Shown one piece after another: positions 44,146-54,654 of a DNA stretch of 64,000 nucleotides. Source of the DNA: a virus (lineage: Duplodnaviria; Caudoviricetes); IMG/VR virus record IMGVR_UViG_3300043579_000163, positions 8,819-72,818 of that record, one strand, 5' to 3'. Numbering within the stretch: position 1 is the first letter of the stretch; the number at the start of each line of letters is the position of its first letter. The translations under genes and the position numbers were made by a program. The notes beneath the pieces are model-generated. The model was not told the origin of the DNA. It worked only from the letters and a program-made list of their open reading frames with translations, and did no database searches.

Positions 44146-45594
44146 ATGTCTAAAGTTTCCGATTACGTAGCGGCAACAGAGTCCGTCACGCCGAACGGTG
44201 GCTGGCTTTTTATTGCCGAGCTGCAGGACGACGGTTCCTACATCACGAAGAAAATTGCCCCACATAACGTGGGCGCTGTGGGTCCAGCCGGCCAGCAGGG
44301 TTTACAGGGTGAGCCCGGTGGAGCGGGAGCGCAGGGCGAGCAAGGCTTGCAGGGAAATCCTGGACCAGCGGGGACGGCAGGGACTAACGGGACCAACGGG
44401 ACCAACGGAACCAACGGGACCAACGGAACGGACTCTCAGGTAACCCGCGCCTCTACGGACTCTGTCGCAGTGGGGGCAGGCTCGAAGACCTTCAACTATA
44501 CCGTCGCAGCCACCAACCTAGGCTGGGCTATCGGAACTCGATTACGCGCGGCCAGCGCGGGCACACCCGCGAACTACGTTGAGGGTCTCGTCACCGCGGT
44601 GAACAACACCCAGGTGACCATTAGCTCCGATAACTTCGGGGGCGCGGGCTCTAGCGCGGACTGGAATATCACGATTGCCGGTGACAAGGGTTCGACTGGT
44701 GCAACGGGCGCGGCTGGTGCAAATGGGATGGATGCTTTTCAGATTGCAGACGGATGGGCTATCGAAACATTCGACGATTACTCCGCGGGAGCGCTTGCTA
44801 CTCCCAATAGAGGCGTGGGCTGGGGCGCGGACGGCTCAATTTCTGGCGGGACCATCGTTTCTCGTAACATCGCGAACGGTAAGACGGAAAATCGCCTCGA
44901 GCTGAACAACGGCGAATACATTCGTCAGTTCTACTTCGGTAGTGAGTGGCACCGAATCCAGATTGCAATCATCTGGAGATTCACTGGCTCCGGTAACTTC
45001 ACCGCCAGCGGGTCAGTGGGGCTTTGTAACGGCGCGAACTTCCGCGGGTTCAACTCAGCGAACTGCGACAATTTTCTTGGCATCTATTATGACCCGGCTG
45101 GTCCTACGACCTGGACGGACACCGCGGAAACGGCTTGCAACTCTTACCTGCAAGGCGTCAGCACCCGCTGGGCGACTCGTCGCGTTAACACCACCACGGA
45201 CCGGGGCGGTGGCTCTGGCTCTGATGGTCGTCGTCATTCCCGGACCGAAGAGTATAGGTCAATTCTCTTGCTCGAAATTTCTCGTCCTGTCGCTGCTACC
45301 GTGGGAACCGCCGTGACGTATTCCACCGCGATGCGCTCGACCAATATCGACCGAATCAACTTCTCCCTGTCAAAACATGTCATCACAGACATGTTGGTTG
45401 AGGCTAATGGAACGCTGGGTGGCCAGACGGACTGGGCAACTGTCTCCGGCAACACCACTGCTCCGGCTGGAACGGTCACCAACTCGTGGAGCTTTGACGA
45501 AAGCACTGGAGTTTTAGACTCCCTCAACATAAACTGGGACGACACCACTCACCTGATGGAAATTGCAGCCATCGCTGTTCGAAAGGTCTATTAA
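44146..45594 (+). CDS. Collagen-like tail fibre / receptor-binding protein
   Basis: GPAGQQG..(GTN)n repeats, beta-rich lectin-like C-terminus. Confidence 0.75.
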   Translation: MSKVSDYVAATESVTPNGGWLFIAELQDDGSYITKKIAPHNVGAVGPAGQQGLQGEPGGAGAQGEQGLQGNPGPAGTAGTNGTNGTNGTNGTNGTDSQVTRASTDSVAVGAGSKTFNYTVAATNLGWAIGTRLRAASAGTPANYVEGLVTAVNNTQVTISSDNFGGAGSSADWNITIAGDKGSTGATGAAGANGMDAFQIADGWAIETFDDYSAGALATPNRGVGWGADGSISGGTIVSRNIANGKTENRLELNNGEYIRQFYFGSEWHRIQIAIIWRFTGSGNFTASGSVGLCNGANFRGFNSANCDNFLGIYYDPAGPTTWTDTAETACNSYLQGVSTRWATRRVNTTTDRGGGSGSDGRRHSRTEEYRSILLLEISRPVAATVGTAVTYSTAMRSTNIDRINFSLSKHVITDMLVEANGTLGGQTDWATVSGNTTAPAGTVTNSWSFDESTGVLDSLNINWDDTTHLMEIAAIAVRKVY

Positions 45595-45598
45595 TACA

Positions 45599-45907
45599 AT
45601 GACACCAATTATCCCAACCGCAACGGAGCACAAACTCCAGATTGACCAACGTCGTCTAATAATCAACGCCGCCGCCGGCACAGCGGACCCGGCCACAACT
45701 CGGGCGTTGCTTTTTGGCCTGTTGCATTCAATCCAGGACGAACTAGCACGGGCCCTGGACAATGATGAATTCATTGGTAGCTCCGTAGTGGTTAATGTTG
45801 ACGCCGCCATCCTGGCTTTGCCTACAGCAGTTCGTGTCCGGAACCTTTTGGTCGCGCTCGGCTATACGGTGAACCTAACCGGAAATACCGCAACTATCTC
45901 CTGGTAA
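45599..45907 (+). CDS. Hypothetical protein (from MTPII)
   Basis: 102 aa ORF. Confidence 0.6.
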   Translation: MTPIIPTATEHKLQIDQRRLIINAAAGTADPATTRALLFGLLHSIQDELARALDNDEFIGSSVVVNVDAAILALPTAVRVRNLLVALGYTVNLTGNTATISW

Positions 45908-45912
45908 CTTTT

Positions 45913-46233
45913 ATGCCCGACTATCCAATTGATTTAGGAAAGGAAATGAGCGGACCCATTGAGGGCATGCCGTCTCCCCCCTCCGAGCGGAAGGAATACT
46001 ACCCGTGTCTTTATCTGGACTGGGACGACAAATATAACCTGCCCGCGTCCGGGGAAATGACCGTCCGTTTCCGCAAGAAAAGTGAGACCACTCGAGAGGG
46101 CGACCGCGGCACCTCTCAAACGGTGGAACTCGACATCGAGTCAATTCTCTACGTCGAGCCCGACAAGGTCAGCAAGAAAGACCGTGAGAACGGAAGCGAA
46201 GCGCTCGACAAGTATAAAGAGGAGCTTGACTGA
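45913..46233 (+). CDS. Hypothetical acidic protein
   Basis: 106 aa, TGATG coupling to next gene. Confidence 0.65.
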   Translation: MPDYPIDLGKEMSGPIEGMPSPPSERKEYYPCLYLDWDDKYNLPASGEMTVRFRKKSETTREGDRGTSQTVELDIESILYVEPDKVSKKDRENGSEALDKYKEELD

Positions 46234-47192
46234 TGTTTTTGGTCAAAGAAATCTGGTCCGAGGCCAAGAAGATTTTCCGCCACTGCGATGAAACGCAGCT
46301 CTACGAGAAAATCGGAGACTCCTACGAGCTGCTCGCCTCCAAGGGAGAGATTGATGCCCTCGTGGGCTACGTGGATATCTGCGTCGACGGGGCGCAGTGC
46401 ATCACGCTCCCGCGCGAGGTGGAGACTGTCCTTGCCCTGAACGTGGACGGGCATCCGACCATTGGCCGGAACCCGCTGCACACTTTTCATCTGAACGGGC
46501 CGGGGGACTTCATAACACTCTGCCGAGCCTGGACCGATATCGGGAACTTCCCGACATACCGCGACCTCCCGTGCCCCGGAAAGCTCGTAGCCTACCTGGA
46601 CAGCGCGGAGGACGAGGGCAAGGAATTGCGCGTGTTCGGTCATGATAGTCAGAACCGCCCACTCCGAACCCAGGTTGGCGACACCTGGAGCGATGGCTAT
46701 TTGGTGCCCACGGTTTTTGGGTTTGCTTTACCGGATGTTAACGCGCCGACCATCAGCCGAATTAGTGCCATAGTCAAGGCCAACACGGTCGGCGACGTGC
46801 GGCTCTCGACCTTCGACAACTCGTCCACGGTGAACAGCACCACGGGCACGTTGCTCGGAATCTTCGAGCCCAACGAAACGAAGCCCATGTATCGGCGAAT
46901 CAAACTGGGCCGTTCTGCGTGTTGGGTCCGTATCTGTTACCGCAAACGCAGCTACCGTCTTTTTAGTCAATACGACCGAATCAATCTACACTCTCGTCTC
47001 GCACTGGTTCTCGCGATGCGCGCAATCCGGTTCTATGATGACACGGACATCGCGAACGCAACGACCTACGAGGCCCACGCGGTTCGCATCCTCACGGAGA
47101 AAGAATCAAGCCTGGAAGGGCCCGCGCTCACGCCGATTCAGGTAGACGACCGCAACAGCATCAAGAACCCGGGCTACGATGAGGTCGAATAA
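46233..47192 (+). CDS. Tail tubular protein A / head-tail adaptor-like
   Basis: Position before nozzle-like gene; helical N- and C-termini. Confidence 0.6.
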   Translation: MFLVKEIWSEAKKIFRHCDETQLYEKIGDSYELLASKGEIDALVGYVDICVDGAQCITLPREVETVLALNVDGHPTIGRNPLHTFHLNGPGDFITLCRAWTDIGNFPTYRDLPCPGKLVAYLDSAEDEGKELRVFGHDSQNRPLRTQVGDTWSDGYLVPTVFGFALPDVNAPTISRISAIVKANTVGDVRLSTFDNSSTVNSTTGTLLGIFEPNETKPMYRRIKLGRSACWVRICYRKRSYRLFSQYDRINLHSRLALVLAMRAIRFYDDTDIANATTYEAHAVRILTEKESSLEGPALTPIQVDDRNSIKNPGYDEVE

Positions 47193-49201
47193 TGGCAACC
47201 GCAACCTTTCTTGAAGACGGGGACGTTGAATTTTCCGCCGGGATGGACTCGAACCTCCACCCGATTAAACTATCCCCCGGGAAATACGCGCGCGGCGAGA
47301 ACATCGTCAACCGCGGTGGAATCGTGCAGTGCCGACCCGGATATCGGTGCCTGACCGCGCTCGCCGAAGGTCGCCTTCAAGGATTTGCTCTTTTTAAACC
47401 GAAGGTCGGGGCTGAACAATTGGTTTTCATGGTCGACGGGCTGCTTTACGTCGCGGACTACCCGTTTAATACCGCCCGACCTCTCGGTGATGTCCTTTTT
47501 TCATCTTCAGCTCGGCAGGCCTATTTCGCCCTGGTAGAGCAGGCGGTCGAGCAGAACTCTGCTGGCTCTCTCACCCTAATCACGCCGAAAAACTTGCTTG
47601 TGATTCAGGACGGAGGCTTCACCCCGCCGGCAATTTATGACGGAACTCGCGTCACCCAGTCCCGAGGATTCGGGGCCATCCCGATGGGTGGGCCCATGCG
47701 TTGGGTTGGAGACCGTCTCTGGGTTGGGCGCGGCGGTGAGCTTTTTGCGTCCGACATCAATAACCCGGTGTCTTTTATCGAGGACGTTTATCTCGCTACC
47801 GTGCGGGCCTTCGTGCTCCCGGGCGAAATCACGGCACTGGCGCGCAATCCATCTTCTGACATCGCGCAACTGCTCGTTTTCACTGAAACGTCCACCACGC
47901 TTATTCAGGCCGGCATCCGCGACCGGACACAGTGGCCACTTACTCCAGACATGCAGAGGGAAATCCTGCCGAAGATTGGGTGTAAGAGCCAGCGGTCCGT
48001 GCTCGACCAATCCGGCATGTTGTGGTGGTATTCTGCCAATGGATTCGTCTCCTTAGACTCCGCCATCAACAGCAAGATTTCTAGCCGCCTTCCCTATCGG
48101 GACAATGAGATGGTGGAGAGCAAGAGTCGTCTCTCAGAAGACCTCTCGGGTGTCGCTGCGGGCACCTTCGAAAACTACATTCTATTAAGTGTGCCCTACG
48201 GGGGCATCTTTAATCGACATACATGGGTAATCGACAGTGCCATAAGTCAGAATTATCTCGAGGACCAACCGCCTACCTGGAATAGTTTCTGGACAGGGAC
48301 GCGCCCCGTGGAGTGGATTACCACGGAAATTCACGGGAAGCAGAGGGTGTTCTACATCTCGCCCGACTATGACGGGGTCAACCGACTGTGGGAGGCCTTC
48401 TGGCCCGACCGACGTGATGAGGGCTGCCCGATTTCGTGGTGGTTCGAGACGCGCGGCTACTTCGGTCCCCCCGGAGCAGTGTTGACTCGAAAATCTTTTC
48501 GCTACGCAGACGTGCAGCTATCCGAGATGGTAGGGGATGTTGACATTGGCATTTTCTGGGCCGGCGCGCGGCGCGGGAAATACAAGAAAATTTTCTCTCA
48601 GCGGTTGCGGGCTACGGAGGGCTGTTTTCGGCCCGACATGGTTATAACCATGAACACGAAAATCTTCGCGTTCAAAAAGCAGTCGCGCATGGTCCGAACT
48701 GAGGATGCAAAAGACCTCATAGAAAACCAAACCGAAAGTTCCTGCGGGGTTGAGTCTCCGTGGTCCGAGTTTTTTGATGAGGCCTTTCAGATTTTGGTGG
48801 CGGGAAGTGGTCCGTGCGCCGTCGACTCCGTGCGAATCCTTTATGAGCCCCCCGTCTCTCGGGATGACCTGCTCCGAACGGATAATTGTGAGAACGAGAC
48901 GGAAAGCAACGTTGTCCGATTCGATGGTGCCGCCGCGGAGTCCTCCGACAGCACTGCGGATGCGCAGGAGGCCCTGTCCCACGACATCCTCGAGTTCACA
49001 TCACTGCGCTCGACCGCGGTGACAAACCAAGGTTTCACCGAGGTAGCTGCCGGCGAGGGTCGGAGCATTATTTCTCAGGATGACGCTGACAAAATTGCCC
49101 TTCGCGTTGCCGAGCGGAAGGCGTCCCACAAAATCGAGGCCGACCTGCCCCTGATTGTGAGCCTTGGCGCTGCCGCCAACGAAGCCAAGTCCAATGAATA
49201 A
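47192..49201 (+). CDS. Tail tubular protein B / nozzle-like (beta-propeller)
   Basis: FSAGMDS..ENIV..GG...RPG N-terminus, Trp-rich beta repeats. Confidence 0.7.
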   Translation: MATATFLEDGDVEFSAGMDSNLHPIKLSPGKYARGENIVNRGGIVQCRPGYRCLTALAEGRLQGFALFKPKVGAEQLVFMVDGLLYVADYPFNTARPLGDVLFSSSARQAYFALVEQAVEQNSAGSLTLITPKNLLVIQDGGFTPPAIYDGTRVTQSRGFGAIPMGGPMRWVGDRLWVGRGGELFASDINNPVSFIEDVYLATVRAFVLPGEITALARNPSSDIAQLLVFTETSTTLIQAGIRDRTQWPLTPDMQREILPKIGCKSQRSVLDQSGMLWWYSANGFVSLDSAINSKISSRLPYRDNEMVESKSRLSEDLSGVAAGTFENYILLSVPYGGIFNRHTWVIDSAISQNYLEDQPPTWNSFWTGTRPVEWITTEIHGKQRVFYISPDYDGVNRLWEAFWPDRRDEGCPISWWFETRGYFGPPGAVLTRKSFRYADVQLSEMVGDVDIGIFWAGARRGKYKKIFSQRLRATEGCFRPDMVITMNTKIFAFKKQSRMVRTEDAKDLIENQTESSCGVESPWSEFFDEAFQILVAGSGPCAVDSVRILYEPPVSRDDLLRTDNCENETESNVVRFDGAAAESSDSTADAQEALSHDILEFTSLRSTAVTNQGFTEVAAGEGRSIISQDDADKIALRVAERKASHKIEADLPLIVSLGAAANEAKSNE

Positions 49202-49607
49202 CCTCAACTCACTTCGTCCGGTCACCCGCCGAGCCGTGTCTCTGTTCTACAAGAGCCCCGGAATCTGCGAGCTGCCCGTGCCCCTTAGCGGGTCTGGACA
49301 GTCGGCGGCTGCCAATATCTCAATCGAGCCCGTTACCCGGAAGGCGGGGCCCGACAGCCTTGAAGCAATCATAGTTGGGTCGGACGTTTCTCTGAACTGG
49401 CCGGAGTTGAGCTACGCGTTTGCCTACGCGGTTTACCGAAGCACCTCCCCTGAGGGGCCGTTCACACTCCTTACCTCCAATTTGGGGGAAAACTCCTACG
49501 TGGACGTGGGTCTCGCGCCGGGAGAATACTGGTGGAAAGTCACAGCCATCGAACCCGACTTTGGGGAAACCTTTCCCAGCCCCCTGGCTTCGGCAACAGT
49601 CAGTTGA
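49194..49607 (+). CDS. Fibronectin type III-like virion protein
   Basis: VSLNW..AYAVYRS....F......SYVD.GL..GEYWWKVTA. Confidence 0.7.
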   Translation: MNNLNSLRPVTRRAVSLFYKSPGICELPVPLSGSGQSAAANISIEPVTRKAGPDSLEAIIVGSDVSLNWPELSYAFAYAVYRSTSPEGPFTLLTSNLGENSYVDVGLAPGEYWWKVTAIEPDFGETFPSPLASATVS

Positions 49608-49634
49608 CAAAGCCCTGATGTAACGAACCTTTTA
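49604..49634 (+). promoter_or_regulatory. Class II promoter candidate
   Basis: TTGACA-N17-ACCTTTAT; TGA is upstream stop. Confidence 0.45.
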
Positions 49635-49640
49635 TCCAGC

Positions 49641-50708
49641 ATGTTGTTCACTACAAATCTCGTAATCGTTTCTTCCCAATTGCCTCCGGATTTTTCCGGC
49701 AATCCGCAGGAGCTGATGGAGGCGATGGTGGAGCGCATGTCCATCCAGTCCCCGCAGGGAACCAGTTTTTTCGTCGTCGGGGACGCCGAGCCCAGTTCCA
49801 ATGTGGGCCCGTGGGTGAACACCTCAGGCGGGGTAGGGGCGTGGTATGTGTTCGACATCAATCAGGGTAAATACGTCCCCATTGATATCAGCCCTTCCTT
49901 AAACCTTTTCGTCGTAGGCCCGGACAACCCGGGGACGCCGCAGCCCACGGACCCGACCCTCTGGCTTCGCACCTTCGAGACCCGCGCCATCGGCTGGTAT
50001 GGATGGGACGGCACCGAGTGGCGCGCGCTGGTCAACCCGCCCCCGAGCGGACCCACAGCCTCTCGCCCCACGAACCCCGTAGACCTCGAGCAGTTCTGGG
50101 ACACTGACATCAACGTCCTCATCCACTGGGAACGCGGAGCATGGCGCACAGTTTCAGGAAGCCCCGGGGACATTAAGTTCGTTGCCCAGGCGATTCTTTC
50201 GGACGCGCTGGAATTCAATCCAGGATGGCAATACGTCGGCCAGGACGACCAGAGCCTGCGCGGAAAAATCTTTGCAGTAGCTACACAGGACCAAACCGCT
50301 GGCGGCACGAGCGTTTTTGCCACTGACTCTGGAATCACCCCCAGGGATGCGGGAGAACAGGACGGCGCAGAAACGGTCACGCTGACCTCGGCGAACATCG
50401 AACAGCACACGCATTTAATCGGTCACGCGACGGCTCTCAACTCCGGAAACACTGTTCAGCTCCATCGGGGAAAGGACTCCGAGACTATCAATATCCCTCC
50501 AGTTGTCCCACCGAATTATTTCGAAGTGAACGGCGACGGGGCCTCTAATGGGACCAAGCTAGGCACCGCGGGGGATGGTCCCGCAGGGACACAGTTAATC
50601 ACCAGCCGTCAGCTCTCTCTGGCCGACTGGGAAGACTATACTGGCGTTGCCACCCCACACGCCAATATCCAGCCGTCCGTTTGGCTCTGGGCCCTCGTAA
50701 AGCTCTAG
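49641..50708 (+). CDS. Tail fibre / collar-like protein
   Basis: Trp-rich repeats, G..TVTLT....H.H collar pattern, C-terminal HANIQPS. Confidence 0.7.
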   Translation: MLFTTNLVIVSSQLPPDFSGNPQELMEAMVERMSIQSPQGTSFFVVGDAEPSSNVGPWVNTSGGVGAWYVFDINQGKYVPIDISPSLNLFVVGPDNPGTPQPTDPTLWLRTFETRAIGWYGWDGTEWRALVNPPPSGPTASRPTNPVDLEQFWDTDINVLIHWERGAWRTVSGSPGDIKFVAQAILSDALEFNPGWQYVGQDDQSLRGKIFAVATQDQTAGGTSVFATDSGITPRDAGEQDGAETVTLTSANIEQHTHLIGHATALNSGNTVQLHRGKDSETINIPPVVPPNYFEVNGDGASNGTKLGTAGDGPAGTQLITSRQLSLADWEDYTGVATPHANIQPSVWLWALVKL

Positions 50709-50712
50709 GACC

Positions 50713-51303
50713 ATGAACCAAATCTCCGTCCAGATTCTCGACGATTTTCTCCCCTGTCCGGAGAACTTCCGACTTGACGCCCTTAGCCGGCGATTCTATA
50801 GCATCCGAGGACCCGACGGTGAAAAGTATCAAAATGTTCACGTTTTCCCCTCTGATGAATTCGAACCCGAAATGTCTGCACGCCTGGGACGACGTGTCTC
50901 TATCGACCACTGTTTCCTCCGCCTTAATCCGAACGGGGACAATCACCGGATTCATGCGGACATCGCCCATTCCCCTTACGCTTTCGTGCTCTATCTCAAC
51001 GCACCCGAGCAATGTCGAGGCGGCACCGCCTTCTGGCGCTATCGTAAGTATGGTTGGCCCTCGTTCCCGGAGATTGATGCAATCAAACGTATGGGAAAGT
51101 CACCAGTCCGCGTGGCTGAAGAAATACTCGCCAACCACGAGGACCTTTCGAAGTGGGAACAAATCCACCTCGTGGATATGAAGTTTAACCGGATGATAGT
51201 TTATCCGACTAAGCAATTTCACAGTCGCTGGCCCCTCGAGGGCTGGGGTGCTGGTGCGTCTGAGTCCCGTCTCGTCGCCGTTGGATTTTTTGGAGTGGAA
51301 TAA
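50713..51303 (+). CDS. 2OG-Fe(II) oxygenase
   Basis: DDFL, IHAD (HxD), VLYLN, GGTAFW, FNR, FHSR, RLV. Confidence 0.85.
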   Translation: MNQISVQILDDFLPCPENFRLDALSRRFYSIRGPDGEKYQNVHVFPSDEFEPEMSARLGRRVSIDHCFLRLNPNGDNHRIHADIAHSPYAFVLYLNAPEQCRGGTAFWRYRKYGWPSFPEIDAIKRMGKSPVRVAEEILANHEDLSKWEQIHLVDMKFNRMIVYPTKQFHSRWPLEGWGAGASESRLVAVGFFGVE

Positions 51304-51761
51304 TGCAGCTCATTGAACTCAACGCCAGTAACCTTAACCTCACGTTCCCGATTGGTCACGCCTTCTCGAAGGAAGCGGGGCGCAAACCTTTTCGTGATGA
51401 CGTGTTCTCGCAGCTCTGGCAGAACCTGCTCGAAAGTGGGCTCGGGAAAATTTACGCTCTGGTTGAATACGAAACTGAGCCGCAGGAATTCCGAGCGATT
51501 GCACTTCTGGGTGCCACGTTCTTGCAAGACCCGTTTTCTGGTGAGTTGACCGCGGCGGAACATTTTTGGTATGTGCTTCCGGAGCACCGCAAGAGCGGAG
51601 TGGGCCTCCAGTTGTTAGACCGGTTCGAAGCAGATGCGAAAGCAAAGGGATGCGCGCAGGTAGTGATGGTTCACTTCATGCACCTAGGTCCTGGCTTGCA
51701 GAGGCTGTATGAGTCAAGAGGCTACAAGGCCTTAGAGCAAACATATAAGAAGGAGATTTAA
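51303..51761 (+). CDS. GNAT acetyltransferase
   Basis: WYVLPEHRKSGVGLQLL motif A, LYESRGY. Confidence 0.85.
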   Translation: MQLIELNASNLNLTFPIGHAFSKEAGRKPFRDDVFSQLWQNLLESGLGKIYALVEYETEPQEFRAIALLGATFLQDPFSGELTAAEHFWYVLPEHRKSGVGLQLLDRFEADAKAKGCAQVVMVHFMHLGPGLQRLYESRGYKALEQTYKKEI

Positions 51762-51762
51762 T

Positions 51763-52221
51763 GTGAATAAGACATGTTTAAAGTGCAAGTGTGAAAAACC
51801 GATTGAGCTTTTCCGTTGGGTGAATTCCCACGGCAGACGAGTCAGGAATTCCCGATGTCAAGGTTGCTTCAATGAAACTCGGAGAAACCGGAGAATGGAT
51901 GACGAGTTTAGAGAAACGCTCAACGCCAAGCGCCGAGACTCGGGGGAACGCGAAACAGCACAAAAACTATTCACTAAACGGCGACGGATGCTAGACCTGC
52001 TGAAAGCGGAGCGGGGCTGTTATATTTGTGGCGGAATGCTCCCTGCGGAATGTTTGGATTGGGACCACCTTCCCGGCAAGGATAAACTATTTTCATTGGG
52101 GACAGAGGGTCCCCGACTCAGCATAGAGACGCTTTCTGAGGAGTTGGGCAAATGTCAGGTTCTTTGCTCCAACTGTCATCGAACCCTGACCAAACAACGT
52201 AAGTGCTTGGAGGACAAGTAG
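51763..52221 (+). CDS. HNH homing endonuclease
   Basis: CLKC..CQGC; GCYICG..LDWDH..KCQVLCSNCH. Confidence 0.85.
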   Translation: MNKTCLKCKCEKPIELFRWVNSHGRRVRNSRCQGCFNETRRNRRMDDEFRETLNAKRRDSGERETAQKLFTKRRRMLDLLKAERGCYICGGMLPAECLDWDHLPGKDKLFSLGTEGPRLSIETLSEELGKCQVLCSNCHRTLTKQRKCLEDK

Positions 52222-53241
52222 ATGGCAGTAATAACCAGCATCGTGGTGGCAGGAGTTGCCGCTGCATCTGCCGCAGGCGCAGCAGCCGCAAAGAAACACG
52301 CCGCCGACAAGGCCGCACACGCTCAGAGCGTCGCTCTGAAGGGAGAGAAGAAAATCCTCGGAGAGGAACTCGGTTACAGCCGCGTTAACCAGCAGGCCGT
52401 GGACGCCGAGCGCGCGCGGGCCAAAGAGCGCATTCGGATGCAGGAGGAAATTGACCCGGAGCTGGCGCAACTTCGGAAGTTGGGCAAGCAACAGCTCTTG
52501 GAAGAAGCGCAGAAGCCGGGCGCGAGCCGCGAGTCCGTCCAGGTTGCCAAGCAACTTTTCACGGAGAACATCCAGCCCGACAAAGGTCTTGAGCAGCTAA
52601 AGGACCAAATCATCAGCAAGGCGCAGGCTAAGCTGTCCCAGGGCGCAACGCTGCCCCCAGAATTTCAGGCGGAGTTGGTCCGTGCCGGTGTGAGCCAGGG
52701 CGCACAAGCTGGGTTAAAACCGACACAAAGCACTGTGGGAGGTCGGCTATATCAGGCATTAGGCAGCGCAGGCGTTGCCCTCGAAGCGCAGCGGAATCAG
52801 GAAGCACAGAATCTCGCGCAGACTGCGTCGGGGCTTCAGGAGTCCCGTGCGAAAATTCTATCATCCATTTTCCCGACCATCAGCCAAAGCGAGCAGTCGC
52901 AGCGTCAGATAGCTGCCGGCAATTTCGGCGTCGGAGAGGCCACTCTTCCACAGGGCGGCTTGACTGGAGCGGAGGCGGCGAACCTGCAAATCAATCGTGG
53001 TAACACGCTGTTGAAAATTCGTGGTCAACAAGGCCAAGTGAAGGCGCAGCAAGCCTTGGCTGCTGGTGAAGCGAACGCGGCATATATCAAGGCCGGCGGA
53101 CAATTTGTCTCGGGCGCGCTCGGCGCTTTCGGGGGAGGTGGGGTCGGTGGCATGAACGTCGGGGGCGGAGAAGGAGGCACCGCCGCCTTTCAAGGCACCT
53201 CGGCTCAAGGTCTCGCCAATCTTCGGAATCAATATAGCTAA
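52222..53241 (+). CDS. Internal virion / DNA ejection protein
   Basis: Hydrophobic Ala/Gly N-terminus, Gln/Ala coiled coils. Confidence 0.7.
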   Translation: MAVITSIVVAGVAAASAAGAAAAKKHAADKAAHAQSVALKGEKKILGEELGYSRVNQQAVDAERARAKERIRMQEEIDPELAQLRKLGKQQLLEEAQKPGASRESVQVAKQLFTENIQPDKGLEQLKDQIISKAQAKLSQGATLPPEFQAELVRAGVSQGAQAGLKPTQSTVGGRLYQALGSAGVALEAQRNQEAQNLAQTASGLQESRAKILSSIFPTISQSEQSQRQIAAGNFGVGEATLPQGGLTGAEAANLQINRGNTLLKIRGQQGQVKAQQALAAGEANAAYIKAGGQFVSGALGAFGGGGVGGMNVGGGEGGTAAFQGTSAQGLANLRNQYS

Positions 53242-53244
53242 TTT

Positions 53245-54654
53245 ATGCCCGGCATCGCAGAATTACAACCGGTTCAGATTCAGGCCAACTCGGTTGGAGC
53301 CGTCACCAATCCAAACGTGGACACATCCTCTCTGGGAGTTCTCCCAGAGTTCAAGGACTTCATGGACGCATACCGGCAGGGAGTCATCACCGCCGAGGAC
53401 ATCAGGAAGCGCGAGATTGTCGGCACTACCGGCTACGAAGCGGAGCGTGCGCAGAACGTCGCGGCCAAGAGCGGTGCGGAGCAGATGAATCTCGACGTAA
53501 ACGAAATCCGTCCGATTCAACGAGAGCTGGCGAAGGCTACCGCGCAGGGCGGCGTGGAACAGCAGACTCTGCTGAACCAGATGAACAGCCAGGACCCGAA
53601 CATCGCATTGCCCGCGCAGGAAGCTTTCCACAAACGGCAGGACCAACTTGCGGCCATCAAAGTTTTCGGCACCGCAACTCCGAAGCTCGAAATCAATGCG
53701 GAGGTGAAGCCCGAACCCTTCGACGAGTGGGTGAACCGTCAGGCAAACGCTTTTCAGGGGACCCCCGATGCTCGCGCAGTTTACGAAACGCAGCTCCGTC
53801 TCGCAGGAGAAAAAGGTGATGAGTATCAGTCCGCTGTCTCTGCGGCAAAAAGTCGCACGCGTAATCTGGAGCCCGGGACGCCCGAGTATGACCTGGAGCT
53901 ATCTCGACGTGTCGACAAATCACTCACGCTTTCCCAGCATCGGGCAATTCAGCTTGAGGCTCTGAAGGAATTCAGCAAGGCCCAGGGCAAGGCTGCCGGC
54001 GAGGCTCCGGCGGAAGCCGTGAAGAACCAGACCGCTGCCGCCAAGGACCTGCGGACCTCTTTCAACGGGGTCAAGGAAATCGACGACTTCGCGAAGGTGA
54101 ACTCGGCCTACAGCGGCATTCTGGCGTTGACGGACCCGACGATTCCCTCGAGCCCACTACGCGACCAGGGCGTCATTTATCAATGGATGAAGCTGCTAGA
54201 CCCCAGTTCGACAGTTCGAGAAGGGGAGTATGCCAGCGTAAAAAACGCGAGGGGGGTCCCAGAGAAAATCCGCAACTGGTGGAACCAGACCTTGTCGGGA
54301 GAAATCCTTACCCCAGGACAGCGCAAGGAGCTGCGAGAGGCCGCTGCTCCCGTGTGGCAGTCTCACGTCCCCGCTTCGCGAATCAAGCAATACACGGAAC
54401 TCGAACGCTCTGCTGGTCTTTCTCCCGGGACCGTGGTCCCGATTGAATACCGCGCGGCTGTCGAAGCAACCACTCAGCCCGTCCCCAGCACCGCCGCGCG
54501 GGTGGGCTCTCAGGCGCCGCGCCCGACCGTTGAGGACCAGAATGCAGCACCGACCGTTGCCACACCCGCAGATGCTCAGAATCTTCCTCCCACGGTTCAA
54601 TTCTTCAAGGACCCGAATGGTGTTCTTCGGGTCAACCCAAATTACACCCCTTGA
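53245..54654 (+). CDS. Internal virion / DNA ejection protein
   Basis: 469 aa helical; KLLDPSSTVREGE motif; position between ejection genes. Confidence 0.65.
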   Translation: MPGIAELQPVQIQANSVGAVTNPNVDTSSLGVLPEFKDFMDAYRQGVITAEDIRKREIVGTTGYEAERAQNVAAKSGAEQMNLDVNEIRPIQRELAKATAQGGVEQQTLLNQMNSQDPNIALPAQEAFHKRQDQLAAIKVFGTATPKLEINAEVKPEPFDEWVNRQANAFQGTPDARAVYETQLRLAGEKGDEYQSAVSAAKSRTRNLEPGTPEYDLELSRRVDKSLTLSQHRAIQLEALKEFSKAQGKAAGEAPAEAVKNQTAAAKDLRTSFNGVKEIDDFAKVNSAYSGILALTDPTIPSSPLRDQGVIYQWMKLLDPSSTVREGEYASVKNARGVPEKIRNWWNQTLSGEILTPGQRKELREAAAPVWQSHVPASRIKQYTELERSAGLSPGTVVPIEYRAAVEATTQPVPSTAARVGSQAPRPTVEDQNAAPTVATPADAQNLPPTVQFFKDPNGVLRVNPNYTP

